Shown here one piece after another: positions 1 to 9,693 of a stretch of DNA of 49,520 bases (within the stretch, counting starts at the first letter, position 1; the number at the start of each line of letters is the position of its first letter). The position numbers and the translations under genes are program-made. The notes below the pieces were generated by a model, which was not told the DNA's origin, searched no databases, and saw only the letters and a program-made list of their open reading frames with translations. The DNA comes from Candidatus Poribacteria bacterium (lineage in GTDB: Bacteria > Poribacteria > WGA-4E > UBA9662): assembly GCA_046582655.1 (NCBI GenBank), contig JAYGDX010000417.1, positions 1 through 49,520 of the forward strand. The letters run 5' to 3'.

Positions 1-91
1 CAATGGCAGCATCAACAACATTCTTTGTTCCTATAAGGTTAGTTTGAACGGCCTCAAATGGATTGTATTCGCAAGCAGAAACCTGCTTCAT
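1..91 (-). pseudogene. pseB: Internal fragment of a UDP-N-acetylglucosamine 4,6-dehydratase (PseB/FlaA1/CapD family); N-terminus missing, runs off the window edge
   Basis: Manual translation of the minus strand 91->2 gives MKQVSACEYNPFEAVQTNLIGTKNVVDAAI, matching the family motif (HAAA)xKQVPxCEYNPFEAVKTNxxG. The upstream sequence does not encode the expected N-terminal Rossmann region. Confidence 0.8.
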
Positions 92-200
92 AGGCATCCG
101 CGTGGCAACATGGCTTATAAATCGCAGGGTGTTTACCTCCCAGACCATCTGCTATATTTCCTATTACTCCAAGACCAATAACAGTTGCTTTATATATCAA
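54..200 (-). pseudogene. N-terminal fragment (48 aa) of a Gfo/Idh/MocA-like NAD(P)-binding oxidoreductase, truncated where it joins the pseB fragment
   Basis: AAGGAGG RBS (210-216) and TTG start at 200. Translation MIYKATVIGLGVIGNIADGLGGKHPAIYKPCCHADAYEAGFCLRIQSI* has a beta-strand plus GxGxxG and an HADAY motif typical of Gfo/Idh/MocA N-termini. Confidence 0.65.
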
Positions 201-996
201 GATAGTTCGCCTCCTTAGCTATTGTTGCGAAGACATCCCGCTACTTTTATACCACTTCTTTAAAACTTCTAATATGCACTCAACATCCGACGGAATCACG
301 CGTGAGCCAACTCAGCTTTGATCAAACCACCACAATATTTTCATGGTAACCTTTTAAACCATTGTAAATAAGCATCTTAGACAATAAGATAAGCCAACTT
401 TTATTCGAATGGTCAACATCTAGGGTCGAAATGTCGCTTATGTCAGACAATACAACTTTCAATTTGACTAAGTTATTTACCAGCAGAAAAGTTGGTCGAC
501 TTTTTAGTTACTGAGAACCTATAGCAGACTGCATTTTACTCCTTTTAGAATTCAGCCTAAGCACAACAACATGATACCCATTAGGGACAGTTCGCTCACT
601 ATAACGAAGACCCATACCATATGCACGCAACTTGAAGATTTAACTACCTGCATATGAATAGAACTAACGTACACACTCCCTCCCACCTGTCATTATATGC
701 TTAACAAAATAACTTAAATTCATTTAAACAATAAAACAAATGGTGTCCATAAAACAAATAAACATTAATACTTTAAACACTACGCTGTATAAGCGACTTC
801 GGAATATGTTTGATTTGGTTATATTGTTTTGTTTGACCAATAACACTTATGTGCAATGGAACTCAGTCTTCGTCATGTTCTCTAAATATGCCCAAGTAAA
901 AAATTTTCACTGCTCGCATTGTTTAAACTTCACAGATTATTTTTTCCAACCAAAGCAATCTTTCATGATTGCAAGAAGAAAAGGAAATCTATGGCA

Positions 997-2679
997 TCAA
1001 ATGGGTATCAATTGCAAGTCTTTCTTTAATCGTCCGAATGAATGATCCCAACCCAACTTTTCATTCTGCCGATAAATGACAGTGCCTGGATACCAAGATG
1101 AACTTTTCTCTTGATCTATCCAGATTCTTGCTACCGTATACATTGGAATCAAAACAGAACTGGATTTCCCAACCGCCGCGCGAAGATGTACGTTTGTATT
1201 GCTAACGGTGACATGGTGATCTATCAATTTGAGCAGTGCTGCCATCTTGTCCAAATCTTGGTTATAATCAGAAAAATTATGTACCCGTCGACCAAGGATC
1301 TCAGAAAAAGCTGTAATTTCCTCTGCAACGACATCCCGCTGCAAAATCAGGACCGTACACTCAATATCTCTAAACAACTTAGCTAAACAACGAAAATCAA
1401 CTTTCCGATATGAAATCATATCATTCTTGACACCAGCCCACCATGCAATCCCCACGTAAGGAGGAGGACCAATCTCAGAAAGTCGTTCTTGCACCGAGGC
1501 CAGATCTTCTGAAGGAATTTGGACGGAAATGGGTGGTGGAATTTGCTCAACATCATCTACATCAAGTAGTCTGGGAAGGTCACCTAACATGAAAATAAAA
1601 TCAATGTCATTTAGAGACGTAGCATCATCTGTAACAAAGTCAATAAATGGTAGGGTTGAAATCATGCTTACCAGTCTGGCATCAGTTTGGTACGCTAGCC
1701 AAACACCAAACGATTTTAACCTAGGCATAAATCTAAGAAAAAAAAGTTCTTCACCCAACCCCTGTTCTTTTGAAATAAGTATCCTTTTGTTTTCTAGATC
1801 GATGCCAGACTCGCAAAACGGGACGATAGTATCAGCATCTCTTCCATACCTAGCTGTATGATGGTACCATCCATCCTTGAAATTCCCTCGCTGAAGTTCT
1901 ACGAAACTCAGGTTATAGTGAGCGTTCTGAAATTTAGGATCAATCTTCAGAGCTCGCTTATAGCAGGAAATTGCCCCTTCCATGTTTCCTTGCTTTTGTA
2001 AAGCTAATCCAAGGTTGCTCTCTCCTGCTGGATACTGAGAATTAATTGTTAAGGCATGTTGATGGCGAGCTACAGCTTCTTTTATGTACCGAGAACTTTG
2101 ATTGACAATACCTTGTATTTGCAGGATTATACCAATGTTGTTATGAATTTCGGGGATATTCGGATTAATCTCTAGTGCCCGATTGTAAATTTCAATGGCA
2201 TCATGATATTCGCCTTGTTCCTGCAGAAGACTTCCCAGATTGGTATAGGCTTCTACATATTCAGGGTTAATATCTATGGCACTTTGATAGAATTCAATAG
2301 CTCTCTTCAACTTACCTTGCTCTTGTAATAGGCAACCAATATTGTGACGAACTTCAGCTAGTTGAGGATTGATTTCTAGAACCCGATAATACGTTTCTAG
2401 CGCTTCGTCAATTCTATTTTTCGCCATTAGCACATTGCCCAAATTATTTAGAAACGATGGACGATCAGGAGCGTTTCGGACAGCTTGTTGGAGAAGTCCC
2501 GTGGCTATATCCAATTGCCCCATCTGATAGGCCGTAATACCGAGTAAATTTAAGGCATCAGGGTTTTTGGGAGAGATTTTTAGAATTTGATTAGATAGCC
2601 GAACCACTTCCTGAACACGACCACTATTGTAATGTGCGATGGCGTTTTCTAGCATAGTGCGTACGTCAAATTCTGACAT
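997..2679 (-). CDS. TPR-repeat protein with C-terminal GT-B (GT9-like) glycosyltransferase domain
   Basis: About 7 TPR units (NLG..L...G...EA...Y..AL.INP), then EQGLGEELFF, LGDLP, VGIAW and TVSNTNVHLRAAVGK motifs of TPR-glycosyltransferase fusions. Confidence 0.85.
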   Translation of the reverse strand: MSEFDVRTMLENAIAHYNSGRVQEVVRLSNQILKISPKNPDALNLLGITAYQMGQLDIATGLLQQAVRNAPDRPSFLNNLGNVLMAKNRIDEALETYYRVLEINPQLAEVRHNIGCLLQEQGKLKRAIEFYQSAIDINPEYVEAYTNLGSLLQEQGEYHDAIEIYNRALEINPNIPEIHNNIGIILQIQGIVNQSSRYIKEAVARHQHALTINSQYPAGESNLGLALQKQGNMEGAISCYKRALKIDPKFQNAHYNLSFVELQRGNFKDGWYHHTARYGRDADTIVPFCESGIDLENKRILISKEQGLGEELFFLRFMPRLKSFGVWLAYQTDARLVSMISTLPFIDFVTDDATSLNDIDFIFMLGDLPRLLDVDDVEQIPPPISVQIPSEDLASVQERLSEIGPPPYVGIAWWAGVKNDMISYRKVDFRCLAKLFRDIECTVLILQRDVVAEEITAFSEILGRRVHNFSDYNQDLDKMAALLKLIDHHVTVSNTNVHLRAAVGKSSSVLIPMYTVARIWIDQEKSSSWYPGTVIYRQNEKLGWDHSFGRLKKDLQLIPI

Positions 2680-2858
2680 TAGAAGTTCCTTCGCCGTGAT
2701 GAGTCATTTGAAGCAGATATGATGGGCAATCGCTGCAAATCAAAACCATTGTAACAATTATTATATAAATCTACGTATCATTTTTACGAGTAGTTCGGGG
2801 GCTTTTCGAGCATAGCAGATTATGGTTAGGTTAATTTCCGTCAGCTTTGAGCTTCGAA

Positions 2859-4952
2859 TCAGATTTGGAAGCATTTTTTCAAAGAATGATGTACAGATTG
2901 AAAAACAGAATCCCAATCTCCAATACACTTCTGTCGGAAAAGAACCATGGAAGGATACCAAGGCGAATCAGTACGGTCAATCATCCACCGCCAACTTGGA
3001 ACATAGTTCAACAACGTCCACACTGGTTTACCTAGTGCCCCAGCCACATGCACAGCCGTGTTTGAAGTTGAAATAATTAAATCCAAAGCCGCAACTTGGG
3101 CGGCAAAATCATCTAAGCTTTCAAGTGAATTGATCTCTTCATCATAGTAGACCTGTATGCCCGTTTGCTGAGTGAATTCCTCAATTTCCCGTTTTATATC
3201 TCCATACTGTAGACTAATAAAGAAAAAATCCTCTTGAGATAGCACCAATTCCCAGTTTGCCAGCGACGCGCTCTTTAACTTCCCCGCACTGTCGTTTGTA
3301 CTTTTCCAAGAAACGCCAATCAGCAGTTTTTCACCAGAAATTTTCTGATATTTTTCCCGAAGTATCTTGGTTTTCTGCGGACAAGCTTTGAGATAGGCTT
3401 GGTACTTGGGAAAGCTTTCTTCATCAGGTAGCAACCATTGGGGCAAACTGGCTATAGGACATTGGAAATCGATGGAGCTATTAAAAAGTAGCGAATCAGG
3501 TGGGTTCTGAGCAGGAACAAAATCAATACCTGTATAAGAACGCTGAAAAATTGGAATCAGACGCTTACCTGTTTCTACGAAGACTTGGCAGGCTTGCTGC
3601 TGAAGTTTTGGCAATAAAGAGGCGAACATAATTTGATCACCGATGCCTTGTTCTAGCCAAACAAGAATTGATCTATCAGTTAGTGAACTACCATCCCATA
3701 GCGGTTGTGGAAATGTTCTTTTATTTTCAGACTCAAATTCTGCCTGTTTCCATCGCCACTCATGGTGTTTCCAACCCTCGAAAAACCTGCCTATTGTAAG
3801 TAAAGTCATCGAATAATGAGAGTGAGCTTTTGCATGATCCGAATCTATTGATAACGCACGTTGGTACGATTGTAAAGCCTGCTTAAAATCTCCTTGACGA
3901 TATTGTGCACTACCTAGATTAAAAAACGCTTCAAAATGATTGGGATCAATATTAATAGCGCGATTATATAAAATGATTGACTTATCTATTTCCCCTTCTT
4001 CTAACAGAATACTACCGAGATTCGTATAAGCCTCCGGGAAATCCGCATTCATTATTAGTGCACGTCGAAAGCAACATGTTGCTTTTTCAATTTCCCCTTG
4101 CTTTTGTAAGACCAGACCAAGATTATTATAGGTTTCAGAAGACTTGGGATTCAACTGCAGTGCTCTTTGAAAATGCTCAATCGCCTGATTCAACTTTTCC
4201 ATCTTCATGCAAACCACACCAAGATTAGCCTCAGCCTCAAAATATCTAGGATTAACTTGTATGGCCTTTTGATAATAGGAACAGGCTTCATTATATTGGC
4301 CAATTTCTTGAAACGCATTGCCAAGGTTATTATACGCTTGAGCGAAATTGGGATTAATAGCGACAGATTTTTTGTAACATACAATAGATTCTTCCGTCTG
4401 CCCTTGTTCTTGTAATAATAACCCTAGATTGTAGAACGCCGGATAATCGGGCAAAATGACAATCGACTTTTGAAAGTGGCTGTAAGCTTCGTCAGTTTGT
4501 CCCTGTAGTCTGAATAGATGTCCAATATCATTCCAAATGCTATGGTCGTTCGGAGTAATTGATAATAATTGCTGGTATGCATTGATCGATTCTTGTAATT
4601 GTCCGAGATGTTGTAGGATAGCAGCTAAAGATTTATGAAAAAGGGGTTGGGCGTCGTCAAATTCAATTGCACGTCGAACCAACTTCGTAGCTTTTTGAGG
4701 TTGATTCTTTCTAAATGCGATGAGACCAAGTAGGTATATTGTAGAAGCATGTTGTGAATTAATAGCAAGTATTTGATCGCATATCTTTTCTGCTTGCGCC
4801 GGCTGATTCGTTCGATAAAAGATTATTGCTTCTCGCAATTTTCCATCAAGTTTTGAGGATGATAAAAATAGACCGGCAAGTTCCTGGTCGAAATCTTGTT
4901 TTTTGCTTTTGTTATCTACCATTATATTCGGATCAAGCACAATTTTAGCCAA
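2859..4952 (-). CDS. TPR-repeat protein with C-terminal GT-B (GT9-like) glycosyltransferase domain
   Basis: About 10 TPR units, then PLWDG, EQGIGDQIMF, IGVSW, SLQYG, DLIISTSNTAVHVAGALGKP and SPWYPS. Start may be ATG at 4922. Confidence 0.88.
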   Translation of the reverse strand: MAKIVLDPNIMVDNKSKKQDFDQELAGLFLSSSKLDGKLREAIIFYRTNQPAQAEKICDQILAINSQHASTIYLLGLIAFRKNQPQKATKLVRRAIEFDDAQPLFHKSLAAILQHLGQLQESINAYQQLLSITPNDHSIWNDIGHLFRLQGQTDEAYSHFQKSIVILPDYPAFYNLGLLLQEQGQTEESIVCYKKSVAINPNFAQAYNNLGNAFQEIGQYNEACSYYQKAIQVNPRYFEAEANLGVVCMKMEKLNQAIEHFQRALQLNPKSSETYNNLGLVLQKQGEIEKATCCFRRALIMNADFPEAYTNLGSILLEEGEIDKSIILYNRAINIDPNHFEAFFNLGSAQYRQGDFKQALQSYQRALSIDSDHAKAHSHYSMTLLTIGRFFEGWKHHEWRWKQAEFESENKRTFPQPLWDGSSLTDRSILVWLEQGIGDQIMFASLLPKLQQQACQVFVETGKRLIPIFQRSYTGIDFVPAQNPPDSLLFNSSIDFQCPIASLPQWLLPDEESFPKYQAYLKACPQKTKILREKYQKISGEKLLIGVSWKSTNDSAGKLKSASLANWELVLSQEDFFFISLQYGDIKREIEEFTQQTGIQVYYDEEINSLESLDDFAAQVAALDLIISTSNTAVHVAGALGKPVWTLLNYVPSWRWMIDRTDSPWYPSMVLFRQKCIGDWDSVFQSVHHSLKKCFQI

Positions 4953-5020
4953 TTTAAGCTATTATGAATTTACGCGCGAATGCTAATATACCCTTTTAGC
5001 TTACCTAAGCTATCTGGTTT

Positions 5021-5050
5021 AATATAGTACGAACATAAAATGTAGATCAA
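5021..5050 (-). promoter_or_regulatory. Putative sigma70 promoter for the TPR-glycosyltransferase genes
   Basis: Minus strand TTGATC-N18-TATATT. Confidence 0.4.
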
Positions 5051-5149
5051 TTTAACATTGATCCAATTTCAATTACCTCACACCTTGACAATCGAAACGG
5101 AAATCATAAAACGAATAGACTTAGAGGACAGCTGCTCTTATTTGGAAAT

Positions 5150-5548
5150 TCAATCCGGCAACACCCTATCCACTTCTTTAAATAATTGAGGGCGACCTTT
5201 TTCATTAAGGGAGGTTCCAATTATTATGGATTCCAAAACGAGTTTGTCGTCTGGGTACCTGTATATATCCTGCAAGAATTTGAATCTTATCTTCGAAACC
5301 CTCTCTAAGTTTAACCCAATCCAGAAGTTATCGTTACTTTGCAATGGAAACTTATAGTCTAGTTCTGCTCTAACCACAACTAGGTTAACTTTTTGTTTCG
5401 CGAGTTCGGCAAAGTTGATCCCTAGTTGTTTTAGATATCCATGCCGAGCATGTTCCAAATAGTTCTGATAAACGGCATTGTTTACATAACCCTGCATATC
5501 GCATTCGTAATCCCTAACTTGAAAATCGATTTTAAATTTATATACCAT
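5150..5548 (-). CDS. Acyl-CoA thioesterase (YbgC/FadM, 4HBT hot-dog fold)
   Basis: VRDYECDMQGYVNNAVYQNYLEHAR motif. Start placed at ATG 5548 from RBS spacing; the ORF track gives 5581. Confidence 0.9.
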   Translation of the reverse strand: MVYKFKIDFQVRDYECDMQGYVNNAVYQNYLEHARHGYLKQLGINFAELAKQKVNLVVVRAELDYKFPLQSNDNFWIGLNLERVSKIRFKFLQDIYRYPDDKLVLESIIIGTSLNEKGRPQLFKEVDRVLPD

Positions 5549-5687
5549 CAACATTTCCCCGTCTACGAACCTTAAGCTCATATTTCACAATCCCTCATCA
5601 TTTTCGCCTTCTTAGTCAATCAGATGTACTCTAACCTTTTCAAGCAGGGGAGAATTTTTCCTTATAATGAGTGGTGAAATAGACTTC

Positions 5688-6476
5688 CTAGCGATATGTT
5701 AATTTAGGTTCTTGTCCTCTCTCTTTGAGGCCACCGACGACAATTTTATGGTTCGGTGTTTCCAAAGGCGTATCAATTGGACGTGTTTCCGTCGTATGGT
5801 AGCCAATTCGCACCGATTTTCGCCATTTCCTCGTTCGATTGACATCCGACCAGTGAATCGTATAATAGCTGAAGAAAATCACATCTCCCGCTTTTGCGGG
5901 TATAGCAACTGTTTTGATCTTGTCCGGATGATACTTTTCGGGAGGAAGATGCGGGCGGGTATGGTCTCCTGTGACATGTTCGAGTGGACCATCTTTATGA
6001 CTTCCCGGAACTACGTGAAGACACCCACTCTCAACCGGTGTATCATCAAGATGCACAAGGCAGTCAATGAAATCGGGGCCGTCATGTGGATAGAAAGGAT
6101 AATCCTGATGCATTGGGAAAGGAGTACCCAATTCAGGAGGTTTCCCATGAAGCATTGTGTGATGCCATTGCACATTTTTTCCAATTAATGATTGAATTGC
6201 TCTGATGAGATTTCCATGAAAAATAATCCTCCCCCATGCAGCCGAATAGAATTGAGGATTCGAAATAAAAATAGCCTTCGTATTTTGGCGTTCTTCTTCC
6301 AACAGATAATGGTCCCTCCATGGTCCGCGCCAACCAATACTATTTTCACCCCACCATTCCTTGATGATCCAGTTCATTTCAGTTTGGAGCTCCTTTACCT
6401 CCTCCACGGTGAACAGCCCTCCAATTTTGACATAACCATCTTGTTCATACATCATAATTTGTGCTTTAGGTAACAT
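5688..6476 (-). CDS. Phytanoyl-CoA dioxygenase (PhyH) family Fe(II)/2-oxoglutarate dioxygenase
   Basis: HQD iron ligands, GCLHVVPGSH, AGDVIFF..TIH.S..N....R motifs. Confidence 0.92.
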   Translation of the reverse strand: MLPKAQIMMYEQDGYVKIGGLFTVEEVKELQTEMNWIIKEWWGENSIGWRGPWRDHYLLEEERQNTKAIFISNPQFYSAAWGRIIFHGNLIRAIQSLIGKNVQWHHTMLHGKPPELGTPFPMHQDYPFYPHDGPDFIDCLVHLDDTPVESGCLHVVPGSHKDGPLEHVTGDHTRPHLPPEKYHPDKIKTVAIPAKAGDVIFFSYYTIHWSDVNRTRKWRKSVRIGYHTTETRPIDTPLETPNHKIVVGGLKERGQEPKLTYR

Positions 6477-6840
6477 ATCTTTCTCTTTGATGAGTCCGTT
6501 TGTATGAGTAAAAGGTCATCACCAGTTCTTCTCACTTACTTTAGTAAAGATTGGATATACTACAACAAGAATGCGGCATACTCGGAGGAAATCTGGTCAA
6601 ATGTGACATGATGAAAAATCATGTAAGAAAAGGAAATTAGACAATAACAGCGTATGGTAATTACCAAACAGATAGAACTATTGAACTAATATAATTCCAA
6701 TTAGAAAAACCAGTAAAAGACAAACAGGTTCAGGAACTTTTCACTTCCTTATGAGGCACTGGCGTATGAGAAATCAAGTATCTTCTTCCAATCAGATCGA
6801 ACACCTGAAACCACACGACTTCCAAGCTATTTTAGGTTTA

Positions 6841-7365
6841 CTAATCCAGATCTATCCCTCGTGGAAACTTGGTATGGCTATCGGTTTTCACGTCGCTTAA
6901 ATCTGCATCGGATAAATTTGCCAACTGCAAGTCAACACCACTCAAGTTTGCTCCAGTAAGGCGCGCCTTACTTAAATCAGCCTTTCCTAATACAACTTTG
7001 CTCAAATTGGCATTACTCAAATCCGCACCCGACAAATCTGCATCGTGCAGGTCTGCTCCCTGCAAATTTGCGTTCTGAAATTTCACTCGTTTCAATAGTG
7101 CATTTTTCAAACTAGATTCATGCAGGTCCGCACCACTCAAGTTTGCGTCATTCAACCTACTGTAGCTTAAATCCGATTTTCTTAAATTCGCACCACTGAA
7201 ATCCGCTTCAAACAAAAAGGCACGACTCAAATCGGCATGTTCAAGATTAGCCCCACTTAAGTCAACATGTGTCAAGTTCGCATTCTTCAGATTAGCATTT
7301 TTCAGGTTGGCTTTGGGTGCGAATGAATATTCCTTATCGTTGATAGTTTTTTTCATCAATTTCAC
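6841..7365 (-). CDS. Pentapeptide repeat protein
   Basis: Continuous A(N/D)Lxx repeats over about 140 aa. Confidence 0.93.
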   Translation of the reverse strand: MKLMKKTINDKEYSFAPKANLKNANLKNANLTHVDLSGANLEHADLSRAFLFEADFSGANLRKSDLSYSRLNDANLSGADLHESSLKNALLKRVKFQNANLQGADLHDADLSGADLSNANLSKVVLGKADLSKARLTGANLSGVDLQLANLSDADLSDVKTDSHTKFPRGIDLD

Positions 7366-7480
7366 CTAGATTGATACAATCATTTATTATTCTCACAAAT
7401 ACTAATAAAACAACCAGTCCTAACAGCAATGTATCGCTCATTTACTACTCGCCTAAAACTACTAGTGAAACAACTCACTT

Positions 7481-7753
7481 TCACTTTACACGATCACAAT
7501 CAGGTTGATTGTTGTCTTCCGTGGCGTAACCTTGGTGCAAGAAGTCCAATGCTTTTTTGTAGCTACGCTTTTCAAGATAGTGACGTAGTTGTGAAGGAGC
7601 GGATAATCCTATTTCCTGTTGCAGTTGTGTTAGCCGTGTTATATTTTCGAGGATATTTTCTTTCTTAGCAATACGTTCGAACATGGATTCCAATTCGATT
7701 TTCAGTTCTTCAAATGATCCTGCTTCCACGTGGAATTCCTCCAAATTTTTCAT
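7481..7753 (-). CDS. Hypothetical protein (90 aa, helical)
   Basis: Occupies otherwise intergenic space; protein-like composition with an LRHYLEKRSYKKALDFL segment. Confidence 0.7.
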   Translation of the reverse strand: MKNLEEFHVEAGSFEELKIELESMFERIAKKENILENITRLTQLQQEIGLSAPSQLRHYLEKRSYKKALDFLHQGYATEDNNQPDCDRVK

Positions 7754-7793
7754 TTATTTTACACTACACAATTAACTATAACCACAGATTTTC

Positions 7794-7822
7794 TTGAAAA
7801 GCTTCAATCTGGTGGCTACACT
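7794..7822 (+). promoter_or_regulatory. Putative sigma70 promoter for tsaE
   Basis: TTGAAA-N17-TACACT ending 8 nt before the ATG. Confidence 0.55.
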
Positions 7823-7830
7823 AGCGAAAC

Positions 7831-8256
7831 ATGGCGACAAGTATTTTTCGCACACAGACTCCAGGCGAAACCCAAAATATCGGTGAAGAAATAGGCAAGC
7901 AACTTAGACAAGGCGATCTTGTTGCGCTTATTGGTGATCTCGGCACAGGCAAAACCTGCTTAACTCAAGGGATTGCTAGGGGAGTTGGCGTCTATTCAAA
8001 CCAAATTGTTAACAGTCCATCCTATACGCTCATCAACGAGTACGCTGGCAAAATCCCAATTTATCATGTCGATCTGTACCGGCTCCAAAACCATGATGAA
8101 ATCCTAGATCTTGGGCTTGACGAATACCTGAAAGGAAACGGTATCTGTATCATTGAGTGGGCAGACAAGCTAGGATCTCTGCAAATTGACCATACCAGAA
8201 TTCAAATTACATGGTTGAGCGAAATGACACGGGAAATTGAAATCCAGATTCCTTAA
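7831..8256 (+). CDS. tsaE: tRNA threonylcarbamoyladenosine biosynthesis ATPase TsaE
   Basis: GDLGTGKT Walker A, SPSYTL, HVDLYRL and IIEWAD motifs. Confidence 0.96.
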   Translation: MATSIFRTQTPGETQNIGEEIGKQLRQGDLVALIGDLGTGKTCLTQGIARGVGVYSNQIVNSPSYTLINEYAGKIPIYHVDLYRLQNHDEILDLGLDEYLKGNGICIIEWADKLGSLQIDHTRIQITWLSEMTREIEIQIP

Positions 8257-9689
8257 GGCTCGCCAATCTGTGCAATTGCATCTAAATAATCTGAAATCTG
8301 CTGCCGATACCTAACAGGAATACAATCCCTCCGTATCGCCTTGGCATAATTCTGTTTGGTGTTCAGATGTGCTTGTCGAAATGAAACGTATTCGAGTTCA
8401 ATACTACCGTCATAACTCTAATGCACGAAAACGTACGAAAGTCCCTATCGATCAGATAAAATAACATTTAGTTTAAAAGCGATAGCACTGGTGTTATGGA
8501 ACGAGATAAAACCTCCATCCAACCGTGCTTGAGTCGATGTGCCCTGCATGATAGCAGACTCTTTTTTATTCGGCGTCCAGCGATTCTCATTACTTTGAAT
8601 GCCTTCCCCTTGCACATCATCAGTTCCAGACTCCTGACCAGCATTTCCGCTACTATCAGCAATACTACTACTTTGATTCATTTCGATCCATGCCAGTGCG
8701 ATGCGCTTTCGGCTTTCCCGAATCTGAATCAGAGTGTTCTCCATTGCGGCTAAACGTTGCTAAAGTCTCTACCATACGCTTCAATTTCTCCACACTGACG
8801 ACCTCTGATTGCAAGTCGAAAAATTCACCCTTAACATCATCGGTCATATCATTCTGTCCACGAGCCGCTGCAATCTGCTGTAATTTCCGCTTTAACTTGA
8901 TCACTTGTTCAGCACCAAAACCACCAATTTGATTAGCAAGTTTATCAAAATCCAAGGCCAGATCAACCATAGGTGTGTCAGTTACTTCATAGATAGCCCT
9001 TCAGGTTTCCTTGAGTCGACCTGTTATCTGCACCCTGAGTCGACGAACCTGATCGCGGAGTCGACTCAGACTGGCCTGAGCTCTTTGACTTGTAATTTGC
9101 TTTGCCTGTAACTTTATTGACCGTTTCCCGGATCTTGGCTATCAACGGCCCTCCATCAGTAGAATCTATGAGCAACTCCAATTGATTAACAGTTTGACCA
9201 ATAGCTTGCCGCTCCACTGCGGTTAGCGACCCAAGAAGCTCGTACCTCTCGGTAATGAAGACAGATAGACAAATTAAGAAAACCGGGAATGGGATCAACT
9301 TCCATAAAGCAGGAACTCCCAATGGGAAGTCGGAGGATAAAACAATTTTCTCAGGCTTATTTGCCGCATCACGCAATTGAGCTGTATCAAAGTCGAAACT
9401 GGCTTTTTTACGCATAATCTAAACTGCTGTACTCAACCGATCTTTTAGTTCCAAACGATCATCGGCAATCCTGACAACTTTCAGAAGATCCAGTTTTCGT
9501 GAAGCAATCACAACCAAGATTCCAGTAAATAAAACGATTAATGAATTGACAGGCAAATGGACAAACCGATTAATTAGCAATAGCCTACCATCGTTAATCC
9601 ACATACTCCATAACACGTACAATTTTGAATGAGCTAACCTTGATACAAACTAGAGCCAACTTGTTGACAACAGCCGGTCTGTCTTCCAT
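8253..9689 (-). pseudogene. Decayed membrane-anchored coiled-coil protein gene (DUF4175-like architecture)
   Basis: Track ORFs 9419-9622, 8987-9415, 8668-8970 and 8445-8744 join into one reading path. In-frame stops: TAG 9419-9421, TGA 9001-9003, TAG 8445-8447, TAG 8418-8420. Frameshifts near 9625, 9115 and 8750. Contains ADDRLELKDRLSTA and ends IPVRYRQQISDYLDAIAQIGEP*. Confidence 0.8.
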
Positions 9690-9693
9690 GATC

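Noticed and set aside
395..495. CCAACTTTT...AAAAGTTGG inverted repeat as a second MITE
   Set aside because: Only 9 bp in AT-rich DNA and no target duplication seen.
740..1045. 101-aa plus-strand ORF
   Set aside because: Very AT-rich, no RBS, no motif, and it overlaps the 3' end of a real gene; probably spurious.
6841..7365. Qnr-type quinolone resistance protein
   Set aside because: Generic A(D/N)Lxx pentapeptide protein without recognisable Qnr loops or mobile context.
8253..9689. Stop-codon reassignment, pyrrolysine or selenocysteine readthrough to explain in-frame TAG/TGA
   Set aside because: The same gene also has frameshifts, and TAG and TGA terminate many intact genes in the window.
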